The notes under the pieces are model-generated. The model was not told the DNA's origin. It saw nothing but the letters and a program-made list of their open reading frames with translations, and ran no database searches. Positions 36,788 to 46,645 of a DNA stretch of 55,397 nt are shown in pieces (the first letter of the stretch is position 1; the number at the start of each line of letters is the position of its first letter). The position numbers and the translations under genes were made by a program. The DNA is taken from positions 1-55,397 of the forward strand of contig CALJEJ010000025.1 in assembly GCA_938074745.1 (NCBI GenBank), written 5' to 3'. The stretch is from an uncultured Endomicrobiia bacterium. GTDB taxonomy: Bacteria > Elusimicrobiota > Endomicrobiia > DTEH01.

Positions 36788-38842
36788 TTACCTCCATATT
36801 ATAATTTCTACTCTACGGTTTTGCATTCTACCAGTACGGGTTTTGTTTGACGCAACAGGTTTTTTCTCACCCCAACCTTTCACTTCAATATTTTGAGGAT
36901 TTAAACCTAAAGTTTTTACTAAATATGAATACAAAGACCAAGCATAAGAAGAAGATCTTTGTTCGTTAGTTAAATCGTCGCCAACAGAATCTGTGTGCCC
37001 TTCAATAGAAATTTTTTTGTCTGCGAACTTTGTTTTTATTGTCTCTGCTAACGACTGTAATGAATCAAAAAATCGTGGGTCAATATCTGTCTTACCCTTG
37101 ATAAACAACTCGTCCGTAGGATACGTAACAACAACACCACGTTCATCTATCGTAACTTTTGCACCTTTGATATAAAGCAAAGTTTGTTCTTTTTCAACAA
37201 TTTTTTCATACACTTTTTGTGGAATGTGAACAATTACCACTGCATCTTTGTGAGATTTATTCCCTGCAAGATCTTCAGCAGAACATTTTATTTTATAACT
37301 TCCGTTCGGAACAATATTGTTATAAACTTCATCTTTGCCATCCCAACTAAAAGTTAACCTTACTGTTTTTTGTGAAATAGTAGAAAGTTCTATTGCATAA
37401 TTTTTTATAGGTTTATCAGTTAAAGTAGTTATTTTCAATGAAATATCTACTATCGGACTTAATAAATCTTCTACCGAAATATCAAATTTTAATTCATCAT
37501 CAAAACCATCACCATCAGGCGAAATTGTTGTCGTAGAAAGTGTGATTGAAATATCAGGTTTTTGGGTATCTACTACAAACATTTTCTTTTGTGTAACATA
37601 TTTTGTCTTTTTATTATCAGCTGTATCAATAACTATAAGGTCTACATTATAACACCCGTCAGACAAAAATTCGCCTGAAGGTAGTCTAGCATCGTAAACA
37701 TAAAAATGGTCAATTTTTGTTACTGTTGTAGAAGAAGAAATTTCTGTAATTGGTTTATTATTAGAATCGTATATTGTAAAACTCCAGAAAGTAACATTTT
37801 TAGTATTCGTAGCATCGTGGATAAAAAATACATTATCTTTATATCCATCATTGTTGGGAGAAAAATATACAGGTTCAACTTTAAGATTTGCGTAAGATGT
37901 TTTTTCTAAAACTTTTTTTATCTTAGGAAATTTTAAACTTAAACCTATGTTATGTGTAGTTTCTAATGGAATGTTCGGACTATACGCATAATCTATACTA
38001 AAGTTTCCTATACGTAAACTTATACCTGCACGATAAAAAGATATCGGTTGGTAAACACCAGAATTTATTTTATCTTCGTCATAAATATATCCCACACGTA
38101 AACCTATCACATCAGAACCCCAGTGTTCAATACCAAAATTGTATGTTTTAGAATTACTTTGAGAATCTATCTTTGTTGCAAAAACAAAATTTAATTTTGA
38201 CATCTGTTGAACAAAGTTAAGTTTTAACCCTATACCAAAATTGTAAAAAAAAGGTACTTTAGACTCAGAAGTGTAATTTATTACAGAACCAGAAATTAAC
38301 AATAGCTCATTCAATAATCTTAAAATTAAACCTGCATCGTATAAAAGTATGCTTTTGTTAGAATAAAAATTTTTCATTTCTTCAGAAACATATTTTATTC
38401 CTGCACCTATACCAAATATATCTGAGAAATTTAATCCCAAAGTTCCTCCAGCAAGAGTTGAACTGAATTTATATTTACCTTTAAAAGTATAATTTTGAAT
38501 CCAATCTATTTCAGGGGAGCCTACTTCTAAACCTATAATCCCAATACCTACCATCCCCATAGGAACACCTACAGTTACCTGACTTAAATAACTACCACTG
38601 AAATAAAGATGATGACAAAAAACAAATTCTGTAGTTGGAAGAACAGCTGATACTGCTGGATTATAAAATATTCCTTCGGAAGAATCGTCTAAAGAACCTA
38701 AATTTCCTCCCAACCCTAAAGCACGAACGCCTAACGGTATCGTTAAAAAATTAAATTCATAACTTTTCGTAAATACTAAATAGAAAATGTTAATACATAC
38801 AAATATACTAAGTACCTTCTTATCCCATTTATAACTTTTCAT
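36788..38842 (-). CDS. PorV/UPF0164-type barrel, FlgD-Ig repeats and OmpA C-terminal domain
   Basis: FLTIPLGVRALGLG...FYNPA, FSPNNDGYKD, ISPDGDGFDD, WDGKD...VPNGSY, EGHTDSVG...NRRVEI. Confidence 0.8.
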   Translation of the reverse strand: MKSYKWDKKVLSIFVCINIFYLVFTKSYEFNFLTIPLGVRALGLGGNLGSLDDSSEGIFYNPAVSAVLPTTEFVFCHHLYFSGSYLSQVTVGVPMGMVGIGIIGLEVGSPEIDWIQNYTFKGKYKFSSTLAGGTLGLNFSDIFGIGAGIKYVSEEMKNFYSNKSILLYDAGLILRLLNELLLISGSVINYTSESKVPFFYNFGIGLKLNFVQQMSKLNFVFATKIDSQSNSKTYNFGIEHWGSDVIGLRVGYIYDEDKINSGVYQPISFYRAGISLRIGNFSIDYAYSPNIPLETTHNIGLSLKFPKIKKVLEKTSYANLKVEPVYFSPNNDGYKDNVFFIHDATNTKNVTFWSFTIYDSNNKPITEISSSTTVTKIDHFYVYDARLPSGEFLSDGCYNVDLIVIDTADNKKTKYVTQKKMFVVDTQKPDISITLSTTTISPDGDGFDDELKFDISVEDLLSPIVDISLKITTLTDKPIKNYAIELSTISQKTVRLTFSWDGKDEVYNNIVPNGSYKIKCSAEDLAGNKSHKDAVVIVHIPQKVYEKIVEKEQTLLYIKGAKVTIDERGVVVTYPTDELFIKGKTDIDPRFFDSLQSLAETIKTKFADKKISIEGHTDSVGDDLTNEQRSSSYAWSLYSYLVKTLGLNPQNIEVKGWGEKKPVASNKTRTGRMQNRRVEIIIWR

Positions 38843-38843
38843 T

Positions 38844-39566
38844 TTATCTTCGTTTAATAATCCCAACAAGTTTTGTTACTGGTGGATTGTCATCAACAAT
38901 TAACACAACAACATACAACCCTTCAGGTAAAATATTACCATTTATATCTTTCCCATCCCAAACTTCAGTATATTCAACATTTTTCATTGCAAGACCGTTG
39001 TATAAAGTACAAACATATTCTCCTGAGAAAGTGAAAATATACAATTTGGCTTGCGAATCTTTGTCAGAAACTTTGAACCTAAACTTTGTAATTTCATTGT
39101 TATACGGACAGAAAGGATTGTTATAGTCTACTTCTAAACTTATTGTTCCAACCAACGAAACAGCAGTGGGTACGGTATAAAAATATCCTTCTTTTGTTAT
39201 ACTACTTGTGGAATTATAAAACGTAATATTCCAATAATACGTAGTGTGTTCTACTAAATTTGCTCCACGATATTCATATTTTGTCCTATAACCTTTGGGT
39301 AAAGACAATGTATTTATTGTATTTGTAGTGTCTATCACATGCCATATAGTATTCCCATTACTTAATCCTGTATGTGTAGTAGCAACTTTTATTTCAAATT
39401 TTGTTATTTCATTATAAAATTCCCAATGAAATATTGGGTTTCTGTTCTTTAGCACTACTTCTGCATTTGCACTACTACCATCTACACCATACGAAATTAT
39501 TTCAACAGCACAAAAAGTGTATACTGTTATAAATAACGAACCTAAAATTGGAAATATTTTTTTCAT
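38844..39566 (-). CDS. Exported protein with C-terminal FlgD-Ig domain
   Basis: Signal peptide; NNPF.P...IFTFSGEYV...WDGKDINGNILPEGLY. Confidence 0.75.
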   Translation of the reverse strand: MKKIFPILGSLFITVYTFCAVEIISYGVDGSSANAEVVLKNRNPIFHWEFYNEITKFEIKVATTHTGLSNGNTIWHVIDTTNTINTLSLPKGYRTKYEYRGANLVEHTTYYWNITFYNSTSSITKEGYFYTVPTAVSLVGTISLEVDYNNPFCPYNNEITKFRFKVSDKDSQAKLYIFTFSGEYVCTLYNGLAMKNVEYTEVWDGKDINGNILPEGLYVVVLIVDDNPPVTKLVGIIKRR

Positions 39567-40612
39567 AGGTTTAAAACTTTAAATATATTTAACAAAATAA
39601 AAAATAATATCCCAGAAAATATGCCAGAGGAAGGTAAGGTAAAAATCCAAGCAAAGACTATACGTTTTAAAACCATCCATCCAACATGTTTAGGTTTTTC
39701 TGCAAACCCTGAACCTATTACTGACGATGTAATAATATGACTTGTTGACACTGGAAAACCAAAAATTGAAGATGCATAAATCACTGCTGCACCACCAAAC
39801 TCCGCTGCAAAACTGTTCACCGATTTCACTTTATACACTCGCCTACCAATAGTTTTTATAACTTCTTTCCCACCAAACATTATACCTAAAGTTAATGCAA
39901 TACCACAACTTAACATCACCCATAAGGGTATCTTTCCTTTAGCTACTGTAACAGGGTCGTAAAACTGAACTAAATTTAGTGAAATTAAAGTGAACATTAC
40001 TAATCCCATAGGTTTTGCAGCATCGTTTGACCCATGTGAAATACCAAATAATATTGACGATATAATCTCCATTATCCTAAACTTTTTCACTACTGAAGGG
40101 GGTGAATTAATTGTTAAAAAGTATGACAATTTGGTTAATAAATAACCGATAAGAAATCCTAAGATAGGAGAAGTTATCATCACAATAATAATTTTGTATA
40201 CTACATTCTTCCATTGAACACAACCAATACCTGAAGCAACAATACCACTACCTATAAATCCACCAATTAGTGAATGAGAAGCAGATATAGGGAACCCTAA
40301 AATTGTACATATCCCGTTCCACAAACTTGCACCAAGTAAAGTTGCCCAAATTAGTGTTATACTTTCTAAAAAAGTTGCTTTAGAAAATATTTGTGGGGCA
40401 ATTATACCAAAACCTATTGTCTGTGCAACAGCTCTACCAAAAAATACTGCACCACAAAATTCAAAAATTGAAATAATAAAAACTGCTTTCCTTGGATTTA
40501 ATGTTCGTGAAGCTACAACAGTAGCAATTGCGTTTGCAGAATCGTTGAACCCGTTTGTAAAAGCGAATATAAGACATAAAAATATTGTTATAATACCTAA
40601 AATCAACACCAT
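39563..40612 (-). CDS. pit: PiT-family inorganic phosphate transporter
   Basis: NGFNDSANAIAT, HGSNDAAK, GFPVSTSH. Confidence 0.93.
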   Translation of the reverse strand: MVLILGIITIFLCLIFAFTNGFNDSANAIATVVASRTLNPRKAVFIISIFEFCGAVFFGRAVAQTIGFGIIAPQIFSKATFLESITLIWATLLGASLWNGICTILGFPISASHSLIGGFIGSGIVASGIGCVQWKNVVYKIIIVMITSPILGFLIGYLLTKLSYFLTINSPPSVVKKFRIMEIISSILFGISHGSNDAAKPMGLVMFTLISLNLVQFYDPVTVAKGKIPLWVMLSCGIALTLGIMFGGKEVIKTIGRRVYKVKSVNSFAAEFGGAAVIYASSIFGFPVSTSHIITSSVIGSGFAEKPKHVGWMVLKRIVFAWIFTLPSSGIFSGILFFILLNIFKVLNL

Positions 40613-40620
40613 AAAAAAAT

Positions 40621-41232
40621 TTATTTCCCAAGAAGAACACTCTTAATAGTCTCTCCAAAAAGTTTCGCAGCCTGTGGCCCTGAAGCAGTAATTATCTTAC
40701 CGTCTGTTTCCACACTTTTTCCTGTATAAGTAACACCACATTTTTTAAGTTCATCTATTTCTGACGAAAATACTGTTGCTTTTTTACCTTTTAACACACC
40801 TGCTCTCGCTAAAGTTACCGGAGCAATACATATCGCAGCAAGAACTTTATTATGCTTGAGAGCATCTTTGGCAATTTTATGTGCTACAGGGTTATCCCAA
40901 TATTCAGTAGAACCTGTCCCACCAACAAATATTATACCATCATACTCTTCTACTTTTATATTATCTATCGTAATATCTACTTTTGCAGTAGCGCCTAACA
41001 TCCCTGTTGCTGTCCCCAACGAAGAAGATGCTGTAACAACATCTATCCCTGCGGTAGATAATATCCTTTTAGGTTCAAGATATTCTTCATCACGGAAATT
41101 GTTTTTTGCAATTATCAGCACTACTTTCATAACTTTTTTAACCTCCTTATCAACAGAAACCTTTTTCTTCTTCACAGCAGAATAACTTAAAACTGTTGTA
41201 GTGACTAATATTGCAGTTATAATTTTTTTCAT
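40621..41232 (-). CDS. DJ-1/PfpI family protein
   Basis: FRDEE, FVGG.G, AAICIAP, GKKAT, ITASGP; alternative internal start at 41130. Confidence 0.92.
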   Translation of the reverse strand: MKKIITAILVTTTVLSYSAVKKKKVSVDKEVKKVMKVVLIIAKNNFRDEEYLEPKRILSTAGIDVVTASSSLGTATGMLGATAKVDITIDNIKVEEYDGIIFVGGTGSTEYWDNPVAHKIAKDALKHNKVLAAICIAPVTLARAGVLKGKKATVFSSEIDELKKCGVTYTGKSVETDGKIITASGPQAAKLFGETIKSVLLGK

Positions 41233-41236
41233 AAGA

Positions 41237-41905
41237 TTAAAACACTGTAATTAAAGCAAAAATTGAAAGTAGTAAAGAAGTGATAACTAAGTAAGGTGAA
41301 GTAAGTATACGACGTAAGTTTGGGTCTTTTATTTCAGAAACAGTATAAGTTTTGTGTAGTTCTTTAAGTTCATCCAACTCTTTTTTTAACAAATAAATTT
41401 TTTTGTTCAACTGTTCTATTTCGGTATCTTCTATAGAAAACCCAGGTAAATCCTGAGTAGAGGAAGAGAACACATTTTCTGTAGTTACATTTGACGAAAT
41501 GGCAATTCTATAAGTGGATTCTAATGTATCAGTTCTTTGTTGCAATTTCAAAATTTCAGTTTTTAACCAAGAAATTTCTTTTGTTATACCCTCAATTTTT
41601 TCCATGAGATTTATAACATCACTGTTTATCCGTTCCAGCTTACGATTAAGCTCTAATATAGAACCTACAGCTTCTTTTAGTTCATTAGAAGTATCGGCCT
41701 TTTGAAAAGTAATTTTACTTTTTATGTTCTCTAAATCTATTTTTATTTCTTCAAATTGTTTCATCAACAGCTTCAATTTTTTACTAAGTTCTTCAGTTGA
41801 AATTGGTTTATTTTGTGTTTCTGCCCACAAGGTTATTGTTGTAAACCACATAACAAGAGTATAGAACAAAAATCTTGTGGTAATTTTGCAGTAAATTCTT
41901 TCCAT
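41237..41905 (-). CDS. Hypothetical coiled-coil protein with N- and C-terminal hydrophobic segments
   Basis: Heptad-rich middle region and a C-terminal TM. Confidence 0.65.
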   Translation of the reverse strand: MERIYCKITTRFLFYTLVMWFTTITLWAETQNKPISTEELSKKLKLLMKQFEEIKIDLENIKSKITFQKADTSNELKEAVGSILELNRKLERINSDVINLMEKIEGITKEISWLKTEILKLQQRTDTLESTYRIAISSNVTTENVFSSSTQDLPGFSIEDTEIEQLNKKIYLLKKELDELKELHKTYTVSEIKDPNLRRILTSPYLVITSLLLSIFALITVF

Positions 41906-42786
41906 TGTTCTTCTCCACCAAAATCATTAAATTTTTTTAATCTAAACTTTATTTTATATGAATGTAACATTATCCGAGGAATTTTTTTGCCAAAAAGTTC
42001 TAAACTGCCATGGTATTTCACATCGCCTAAAATTGGATGGTTGATAAAACTTAAATGTGTTCTAATCTGATGTGTCCTACCAGTTAATGGATACAGTTCT
42101 AAATATGTAACTTCTTGGTTAGAAGAAAGCACCTTAAACTTGGTTACCGCATCTTTACCTGAAACACTTATCCGTGTTAAACTACCAAATTTTTCTAGCG
42201 GAGCTACAATCTCGCCTTGTTGTTCTCGGAATTTACCACTAACTATTGCACGATATACTTTCTTTATTTCTCGTTGTTGGAACAAGTTAGATAAATAATA
42301 TTGCATCTGAGGAGTCTTAGCAACCAACATCACACCTGAAGTATCTTTATCTAACCTGTGAACAATAAACGGACGGCCTAACGGCCATACAAAATTTTTA
42401 TTCTTAGGATATAATTCTAAAAGATAATCCAACAAACTTTTTCTAAAATCTAACTTTTTAGACGGATGGACAATTAAACCTGAATGTTTATTTATTACTA
42501 ACAAATCTTCATCTTCGTAGATTATCTCAAACGGTAACACCTCAGTTTTAGAAAAAAACTCTAAATCTTTATTTAACCAAATATCTTCACGTTGAGGTAA
42601 AAATATTTCTATCCTTTGGCCATTTTTCACTTTATCTGACGGAACAACATTCTTCCCGTCAACTTTTACATACTGGAGTTTACAAAGAAGTTTTAAATAT
42701 TCACGAGAATATTCTGGAAATAAAGTTTTTAAATATTTATCTATCCGAACTGACGTAGTTTGAACTGTAATAACCTTCCTTTCCAT
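41833..42786 (-). CDS. rluD: RluA/RluD-family pseudouridine synthase
   Basis: S4-like RIDKYL, HRLDKDTSG, TGRTHQIR, HPILGD..Y. Confidence 0.9.
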   Translation of the reverse strand: MERKVITVQTTSVRIDKYLKTLFPEYSREYLKLLCKLQYVKVDGKNVVPSDKVKNGQRIEIFLPQREDIWLNKDLEFFSKTEVLPFEIIYEDEDLLVINKHSGLIVHPSKKLDFRKSLLDYLLELYPKNKNFVWPLGRPFIVHRLDKDTSGVMLVAKTPQMQYYLSNLFQQREIKKVYRAIVSGKFREQQGEIVAPLEKFGSLTRISVSGKDAVTKFKVLSSNQEVTYLELYPLTGRTHQIRTHLSFINHPILGDVKYHGSLELFGKKIPRIMLHSYKIKFRLKKFNDFGGEEQWKEFTAKLPQDFCSILLLCGLQQ

Positions 42787-43543
42787 GTCTTAACTTAAAA
42801 GTTATATAAATTATAAAAATTAAATTCAATATCAACAACACTACACTAACAAACTGTGAAAAAGATAATCCTAAAATTGGACTTCCTCTGTCGTCATTAC
42901 GAAAATATTCGTTTATAAACCTAAAAACAGAATATAATATCAAACCTAAAAATATTCTTCTGGATTTAAACTTACCTTTTGTAGACAACAAATGCAAAAT
43001 TAAGAAAATTATTATACAATAAAACGATTCAAACAATTGTGTAGGAAAAATTTTTATCCCTTGAGGCGCTAAACTTTCTGGATGGGTAAAAACAATACCT
43101 AAAAAACTTTCCGTAGGTTTGCCATAACAACATCCGGCTGAAAAACATCCCAACCGACCTATACTCTGGCCAAGAAATATTGCAGGAGCATAAAGGTCTA
43201 AAACATCTAACAAATTTTGTTTTTTAAATAAAGTATAAAAAATTCCAAATAATAAACCAAGTATAAGACCTGGATAAAATACCATTCCACCTTCCCAAAC
43301 TTTTATTACCCCTAAAAAATTTTCTTTATAATATTCAAAATTTTGGATAACATATCCTATCCGAGAACCTAAAAAACCTACTATTATACAATAAAAAGTA
43401 AGGTTGGAAATAAACTCAACACTGAACTTTTCTCGAGAAGCGGTTTTGTAAAGATAACCATATCCTACAATAACTCCTAAAGCAACAAAAAAACCGTAAG
43501 TTCGTAAAGTTAAAGGACCAATTTTTAATAATATAGGAAACAT
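42737..43543 (-). CDS. lgt: Prolipoprotein diacylglyceryl transferase
   Basis: WEGGMVF, IGRLGCFSAGCCYG, PTQLFES, RFINEYFR. Confidence 0.95.
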   Translation of the reverse strand: MFPILLKIGPLTLRTYGFFVALGVIVGYGYLYKTASREKFSVEFISNLTFYCIIVGFLGSRIGYVIQNFEYYKENFLGVIKVWEGGMVFYPGLILGLLFGIFYTLFKKQNLLDVLDLYAPAIFLGQSIGRLGCFSAGCCYGKPTESFLGIVFTHPESLAPQGIKIFPTQLFESFYCIIIFLILHLLSTKGKFKSRRIFLGLILYSVFRFINEYFRNDDRGSPILGLSFSQFVSVVLLILNLIFIIYITFKLRHGKEGYYSSNYVSSDR

Positions 43544-43577
43544 ATAAAAGACTAACCTTTTCTTGAAGAGATATTTA

Positions 43578-44147
43578 TTATTTTGAAAATTTTTTTAAAG
43601 TTAATTTTTTAGATAACAGTTTAAGTCCTCTGTATAATCTTACTCGGACTGTAGACGGTTTAATTTTTAGTATATCACTGATTTCTTCAATTTTTAGTCC
43701 CTCTATGTATCTTAAAGACAATACTTCCCTATACTTGGGTTTCATACGATTCAATTCTATATATACTCTGTTAACCAACTGTGGGTCAAAAGTTGGCCCA
43801 GAAGAAGTTTCTGCAGTTTCTGTTAAATCATCAAAACTGTTCTCATCTAAAGGGACAAAATCTATCACCCTTTTAGAATTTGACCTACGTAGAAAATCTA
43901 TTACGTAGTTAGTAACAATTTTGTAAAGCCAACTTTTAAACTCGTATTTTAAATTATAACTTGGTAATATACTATACACTTTTACAAAAATTTCTTGTGT
44001 TAAATCTTTCGCATCTTCTTTATTGCCACATAACCGCAATACAATGTTATAAACATAGTCTTTATATTTATCAATTATAACTTCAAAGCTATTTATATCA
44101 CCATTTATACATCTGTGGATTAACTCAAAATCGTTGTCGTTGGTCAT
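43578..44147 (-). CDS. ECF RNA polymerase sigma factor
   Basis: DAKDLTQEIF, FKSWLYKI..N..ID, region 4 EEISDIL...TVRVRLYRG. Confidence 0.92.
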   Translation of the reverse strand: MTNDNDFELIHRCINGDINSFEVIIDKYKDYVYNIVLRLCGNKEDAKDLTQEIFVKVYSILPSYNLKYEFKSWLYKIVTNYVIDFLRRSNSKRVIDFVPLDENSFDDLTETAETSSGPTFDPQLVNRVYIELNRMKPKYREVLSLRYIEGLKIEEISDILKIKPSTVRVRLYRGLKLLSKKLTLKKFSK

Positions 44148-44901
44148 ATTGTTGTTGTATATCAACCTCTTGTTTTAATTCTGTTTTTATTTTTTGTTTT
44201 ATGATATTATCTATCTTTTGAACTAACTTTGAAGTTGACAATGAAGAAAATTTGTCCAATATTTCATAAATTTGTTGTTTATCACGAGTTACATGATAAA
44301 ACTTTGTAACTGCTTGTATTAATCTGCTCATTTCTTTAACTGAACGAGTAGAATATTTTAAAAAAATTATTTCTGCAGGATTTGTTATTCCGGGCTGTTT
44401 TTCAGGTAAGTATCGTTTCAATACAATGTAATAATTCAACATTATTATTGCATCGTCAAACCTTACCTTTTGTGCCATAAACAAAGTCATAAATTTTATA
44501 AATTCTTCTTTTGTAAGACCTGATAAGATAAGTGTAGATAATAAAGAAGTGCAATAATTAGTATCATAAGGAGAAAACTTTCCCGTAGGATCACTTTTTT
44601 TTATCTGTGCAATATATTCTTTGGCAAGAATTAAAGATTCTATAATACTTTTCATTGCAGGTAACATTTTTTCATAACTACCTTTTTTAGCTACTGTTTC
44701 GTTTATAAAATTTATTATTGGTGTTTGAGGTAGATCATGAACTGTTACAGACGAAAGTAAAATCTCAATATTATCTAATTGTTCTTTAGTAAAATTCAAA
44801 GTGGCAAGTTTCTGACGAGCAATTTTGTTAAGTTCTGTTGAATATATTAAAGGAGTGATAATAATTAAAGATAAGATAAAACCTGTAATCTTGAGGTTCA
44901 T
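44125..44901 (-). CDS. Hypothetical exported protein
   Basis: 258-aa ORF with a signal peptide, overlapping the sigma gene start. Confidence 0.65.
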   Translation of the reverse strand: MNLKITGFILSLIIITPLIYSTELNKIARQKLATLNFTKEQLDNIEILLSSVTVHDLPQTPIINFINETVAKKGSYEKMLPAMKSIIESLILAKEYIAQIKKSDPTGKFSPYDTNYCTSLLSTLILSGLTKEEFIKFMTLFMAQKVRFDDAIIMLNYYIVLKRYLPEKQPGITNPAEIIFLKYSTRSVKEMSRLIQAVTKFYHVTRDKQQIYEILDKFSSLSTSKLVQKIDNIIKQKIKTELKQEVDIQQQYDQRQRF

Positions 44902-44941
44902 GATTATTTTTTTATCAATTTAATTTTTTATTTTCAATACA

Positions 44942-44959
44942 ACGTGATTTAAATCACAA
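44942..44959. promoter_or_regulatory. Second Rex/CRP-like palindrome
   Basis: ACGTGATTTAAATCACAA (GTGA-N6-TCAC with a perfect inner palindrome) in the intergenic gap. Confidence 0.4.
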
Positions 44960-44970
44960 ATATTAAGAAA

Positions 44971-45993
44971 CTAAAATAATTCTTGTTGTTGAGGTTTGTA
45001 TTTTATTCCAAGATGTTTATAGGCGAGTTCTGTTGCTACTCTACCTCGTGGTGTCCTTTTTAAAAACCCTGCCTGAATAAGGTAAGGTTCGTAAACTTCT
45101 GATATAGTATCAATTTCTTCATTCAACGCTACCGAAATTGTTTCTATTCCTACAGGACCACCATTGAATTTTTCTATTATCGTAGACAATATTTTTCTAT
45201 CCATATCATCAAGACCATATTCGTCAATACCTAAAGCAGTCATAGCTTGTTTCACAATCGGAATATCAATTACACCATCGGATTTTACAATAGCAAAATC
45301 GCGTACACGACTTAAAAGACGGTTTGCAATTCTTGGAGTTCCTCTGGAACGTAAAGCAATCTCGTAACTTGCTTCTTTAGAAATTTTTATATCCAAAATA
45401 TTTGCAGAACGAAGAATAATTTGTTGTAACTCTTCAGGTGTGTAAAACCCTAAGTTTTCTATAATTCCAAACCTGGAACGTAACGGTGCTGAAAGTAAAC
45501 CGCTACGTGTTGTTGCACCTACTAAAGTAAATCTTGCTATTGGTAAACGAACTATTTTTGCGTTAGGTCCTTGACCTACAATTATGTCCATTTTAAACTC
45601 TTCCATTACAGGATAAAGTGCTTCTTCTACAATATGGTTCATCCTATGAATTTCGTCAATAAAAAAGACATCTTGAAACTGTAAACTTGTCAACACAGCA
45701 GCAAGATCTCCTGTTTTTTCTAATGCAGGTCCTGAGGTAACTTTTATTTCTGTATTAAACTCATGAGCAATGATATGTGCTAAAGTTGTTTTTCCAGTAC
45801 CTGGTGGGCCTGAAAATAAACAATGGTCTAAAGAAACATTTCTTAACTTGGCAGATTCTATAAATACACGAAGGTTTTGTTTCAATTTTTCCTGACCTAT
45901 AAACTCGTCTAAAGTTTTAGGTCGTAGGGCAATTTCTAAATCACGTTCCTCAGGAAAAATTTTTGTCGTAGTGATACGGTTTTGAGAAACCAT
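44971..45993 (-). CDS. ruvB: Holliday junction DNA helicase RuvB
   Basis: [38 protein letters not shown]. Confidence 0.97.
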   Translation of the reverse strand: MVSQNRITTTKIFPEERDLEIALRPKTLDEFIGQEKLKQNLRVFIESAKLRNVSLDHCLFSGPPGTGKTTLAHIIAHEFNTEIKVTSGPALEKTGDLAAVLTSLQFQDVFFIDEIHRMNHIVEEALYPVMEEFKMDIIVGQGPNAKIVRLPIARFTLVGATTRSGLLSAPLRSRFGIIENLGFYTPEELQQIILRSANILDIKISKEASYEIALRSRGTPRIANRLLSRVRDFAIVKSDGVIDIPIVKQAMTALGIDEYGLDDMDRKILSTIIEKFNGGPVGIETISVALNEEIDTISEVYEPYLIQAGFLKRTPRGRVATELAYKHLGIKYKPQQQELF

Positions 45994-45997
45994 TTTT

Positions 45998-46639
45998 TTA
46001 TTTATTCTCAATTATAGAAACTTCTTTAATTGCAAGTTTTATTAATTCTGACATTTTTTCAGAAGAGATATTTTTTTCCACAGGATTTGTTTTCAAAACT
46101 TTTTCAACAGCTATCTTAGCCACTTGTTCTTTATAACCTAAATTTACCAACGCATCTACAAGGTCAGAATATACATCTATATCCAACGAAGGAGATGAAG
46201 TTGCAGTCTCAATAAATGTTTTAACTGAATTTAACGAATCTACAATTTTTACTGCAGAAGAATGACGAAAGTTAAACAACGAAGTTAATACTTTATAATT
46301 TTTTTCTTTAACAGCGCGTCTAAACTCAGAAATGTTTTTTTCAACTTTATCCAGATATTCTAACGCTTTCTTAGGACCTACATTTGTAAGATTGTTTTTA
46401 AAAGATAAAAAAATTTCTTTCTCTTCAGTAGATAAAAATCCATATAATGTAGGAACGTTATTGCTATACAACCCACCGGAAATTTCTACAACATAAAATT
46501 TTTTTTCTTCACCTAAAACAATTTTATTAAATGTAGTGTTGGAAACAACAATTTCGTATCCAAGCCCGTTTACTTCTACTACACATAAGTTTTTATCATC
46601 AATTTTTTCTACTACTTTACCTTTAATAAAACTATACAT
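45998..46639 (-). CDS. ruvA: Holliday junction branch migration protein RuvA
   Basis: [33 protein letters not shown]. Confidence 0.92.
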   Translation of the reverse strand: MYSFIKGKVVEKIDDKNLCVVEVNGLGYEIVVSNTTFNKIVLGEEKKFYVVEISGGLYSNNVPTLYGFLSTEEKEIFLSFKNNLTNVGPKKALEYLDKVEKNISEFRRAVKEKNYKVLTSLFNFRHSSAVKIVDSLNSVKTFIETATSSPSLDIDVYSDLVDALVNLGYKEQVAKIAVEKVLKTNPVEKNISSEKMSELIKLAIKEVSIIENK

Positions 46640-46645
46640 ATCTTT

